A DNA stretch of 64,000 bases. It comes from Mobula hypostoma. Taxonomy: Eukaryota. Shown here one piece after another: positions 62,000 through 64,000 of the stretch. How positions within the stretch are numbered: position 1 is the first letter of the stretch; each line of letters opens with the position of its first letter. The notes under the pieces were generated by a model. It ran no database searches. It saw only the letters and a program-made list of their open reading frames with translations, and had not been told where the DNA came from. The stretch spans positions 223,388,001 through 223,452,000 of the forward strand of contig NC_086097.1 in NCBI RefSeq assembly GCF_963921235.1. The letters run 5' to 3'. Position numbers and translations under genes: made by a program.

Positions 62000-62985
62000 C
62001 ACACGGCAAGGTATACAAACCATAACAGATTACATATTAGTCCACACTGCACTTCAATGACAGCGACATCTCCCTTCCATGCACGATTTGATGCAATAAA
62101 TGGAGTGACATGGAGGAAAGCCCCCTCTCTCCGAGGAACAGACACCCTGTCTGGCCACAGCCAATGTGAGGATCCGAGCCAGGGTAAACCCACACAAAGC
62201 TGTGGGGTCAGATAACATACCTGGTCAGGTGCTAAGGAATTATGCGGCCTAGCTAAACGGACATCTTTAACATCTCTTTGCAACAGTCCACTGTCCCTGT
62301 AGGCTTCAAAGGAGCCACCAACATTTCAGTACCCAAGAGTGTGATGGTAACTAGCCTAAATAAATACTGCCCAGTGTCACTGACCTCAACAATCATGAAG
62401 TGCCTTGAGAGGTGACCCTTTCTAGTTCACCTCAGGCTCAAACTAGTCCACTGATGATGCTATAGCCTCGACCCTCCACTCTTGTCCTGTCCCAGCTAGA
62501 AAACAACGCCTCATACACCAGGATATTGCTCATTGACCTCAACTTGGCATTTAACACTATCATTTTTCATATGATGGTGGGTAAACTGTCCTTATTGGGA
62601 CTCAACACCCCTCTCTGTAACTGGATCCTGGACTTCTTGATGAAAAGAGCCCAGTTAGTCCAAAGTGGCAAAAGATAGCTCAAGCTCCATCGGGCTGAGC
62701 ACTGGTGCCCCCAAGCGCAATGTGCTCAGCCCAATGCTGTTCAGACCGCTGATTCAAGTTTGCTGATGATACAACAGTGGTTGGCTTCATCACCAACAGT
62801 GATAAGTCAGCATACAGAGGGAAGGTAGAGAGGCTTGTCAAATGGTGTGAGAACAACCCAAGTCTCAACTTGGATGAGATAAAAGAGATGACTGGATTTC
62901 AGAAAAGCACAGGTCAACCACTTTCCATTGCATGTTAAAGGCTGTGACATAGAGAGAGTGAACGGCACAATCTTCCTTGGTGTGA
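62000..62985 (+). mobile_element. Decayed Rex1/Babar-type RT fragment
   Basis: [23 protein letters not shown] remnants. Confidence 0.7.
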
Positions 62986-63062
62986 GGGTTAGAGTGAGTT
63001 TTTAGGTAGATGATTCATTTACACTTAAATGACTCTGGCCACCAGTCTTCTGTTTGACAAAG

Positions 63063-63541
63063 TACTGTGGATTGAGTTCACAACAATGCATTTCTAAAAG
63101 TTGTGAATATCCGGATACTAGCCAGATGCTGCGGATGGAAGTGTGAAGTTTACAGGTAGTTTTGAAGATAGTATTATCTATACTTTATATTAATTGTCCT
63201 CTGTGTTAGCACGTAAAATACCAAATAAATGTATTGTGGATTTGACTTGCACTCTTAAAGACTGTGAGTACCCACCCAGACATGGCGTCGGAAGGAAAGG
63301 ACGAAGTCAGAAGGTGCGATGTTTCAAAAGGAAGCATTGTCTAAGCATTGTCTATAACTTTTTAAATAGTGATTGTCCTTTGTGTTTAGCATATAAATAT
63401 CGAGCCCATATTGGGCTAGCAGACCTTTCCACCGAAAGCGTCTCCGTCCGTATGATGCCTGCTGTACCTTGTTGTGTCGAATAAAGAAGCTGCTTTGTAT
63501 CTACCAGTAACTCTGTCTCTCTGGTGATTTCATCCACGCCA
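63063..63541 (+). mobile_element. Possible solo LTR
   Basis: TATAAATA near 63392, AATAAA near 63480, ends ATCCACGCCA with partial complementarity to TGTGGAT near 63066; no TSD found. Confidence 0.4.
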
Positions 63542-64000
63542 TAGTGAGCATAACGGACAACCTAAAATAACGAATTCCCGAACAATAAAAAAGGATTCTT
63601 GAGAATTTAGAATTTTATGCTATTATAAATGAGATATTTTCATTTACTTCAACAGAAGGAATAATAATATTTAGGGATAAACACCAGCTGAGATCAGACA
63701 GCCAATTTGTGTGTTTCTCTAATGTAACGTTACGGCTGAAAATTTACTATCAGTGGCAGATGCTTGTTGTCTGGAACTAGCTTCATGTCTTGTGGCAAGG
63801 CCTCCTTTAAAAGAACAAGATCATGTGTGGGTCAGATCTGTCCTCAAAATAAAGTCAGCTCAGCCATGCCAGTTGTCAGAAGAGTCCATGTCCTGACATT
63901 CAAAAAAAATTCTAAAAATTATCAAAACACATTTAAAGGCTTATGAAAATACAAAAACTTAAAAATCAAATTACAAAAACCATATTAAAATATTTGAATT

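Noticed and set aside
41500..64000. Preceding STAU2 exon (expected ..TVELNGLAMK..)
   Set aside because: Not found by manual scan; probably beyond the window end.
1..64000. CRISPR array, rRNA or prokaryotic operon
   Set aside because: No regularly spaced repeat-spacer units or rRNA-like sequence; the repeats are dispersed eukaryotic transposons.

Overview
Repeat-dense vertebrate DNA, most likely a cartilaginous fish (ray or shark), inferred from HE1-like V-SINEs plus abundant CR1, Rex1/Babar and Penelope-like elements. The only host gene I can support is STAU2 (Staufen-2) on the minus strand, with two canonical GT-AG exons (41372-41213 and 16975-16868); the rest appears intronic. The main feature is an intact Neptune-type Penelope-like element (PLE, 3079-7352, minus strand) encoding RT plus GIY-YIG in one 1016-aa ORF. 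It has a partial-tandem pseudo-LTR layout with three minimal hammerhead ribozyme motifs in the same sense as STAU2. The same family left several TSD-flanked fold-back insertions that share an asymmetric tail. Also present: a young 5'-truncated CR1, many decayed CR1 and Rex1/Babar fragments, a Tigger/pogo fossil, nested hAT elements with perfect 8-bp TSDs, and a possible solo LTR. Boundaries of old repeats are approximate, and all family calls are by motif recognition without database searches.
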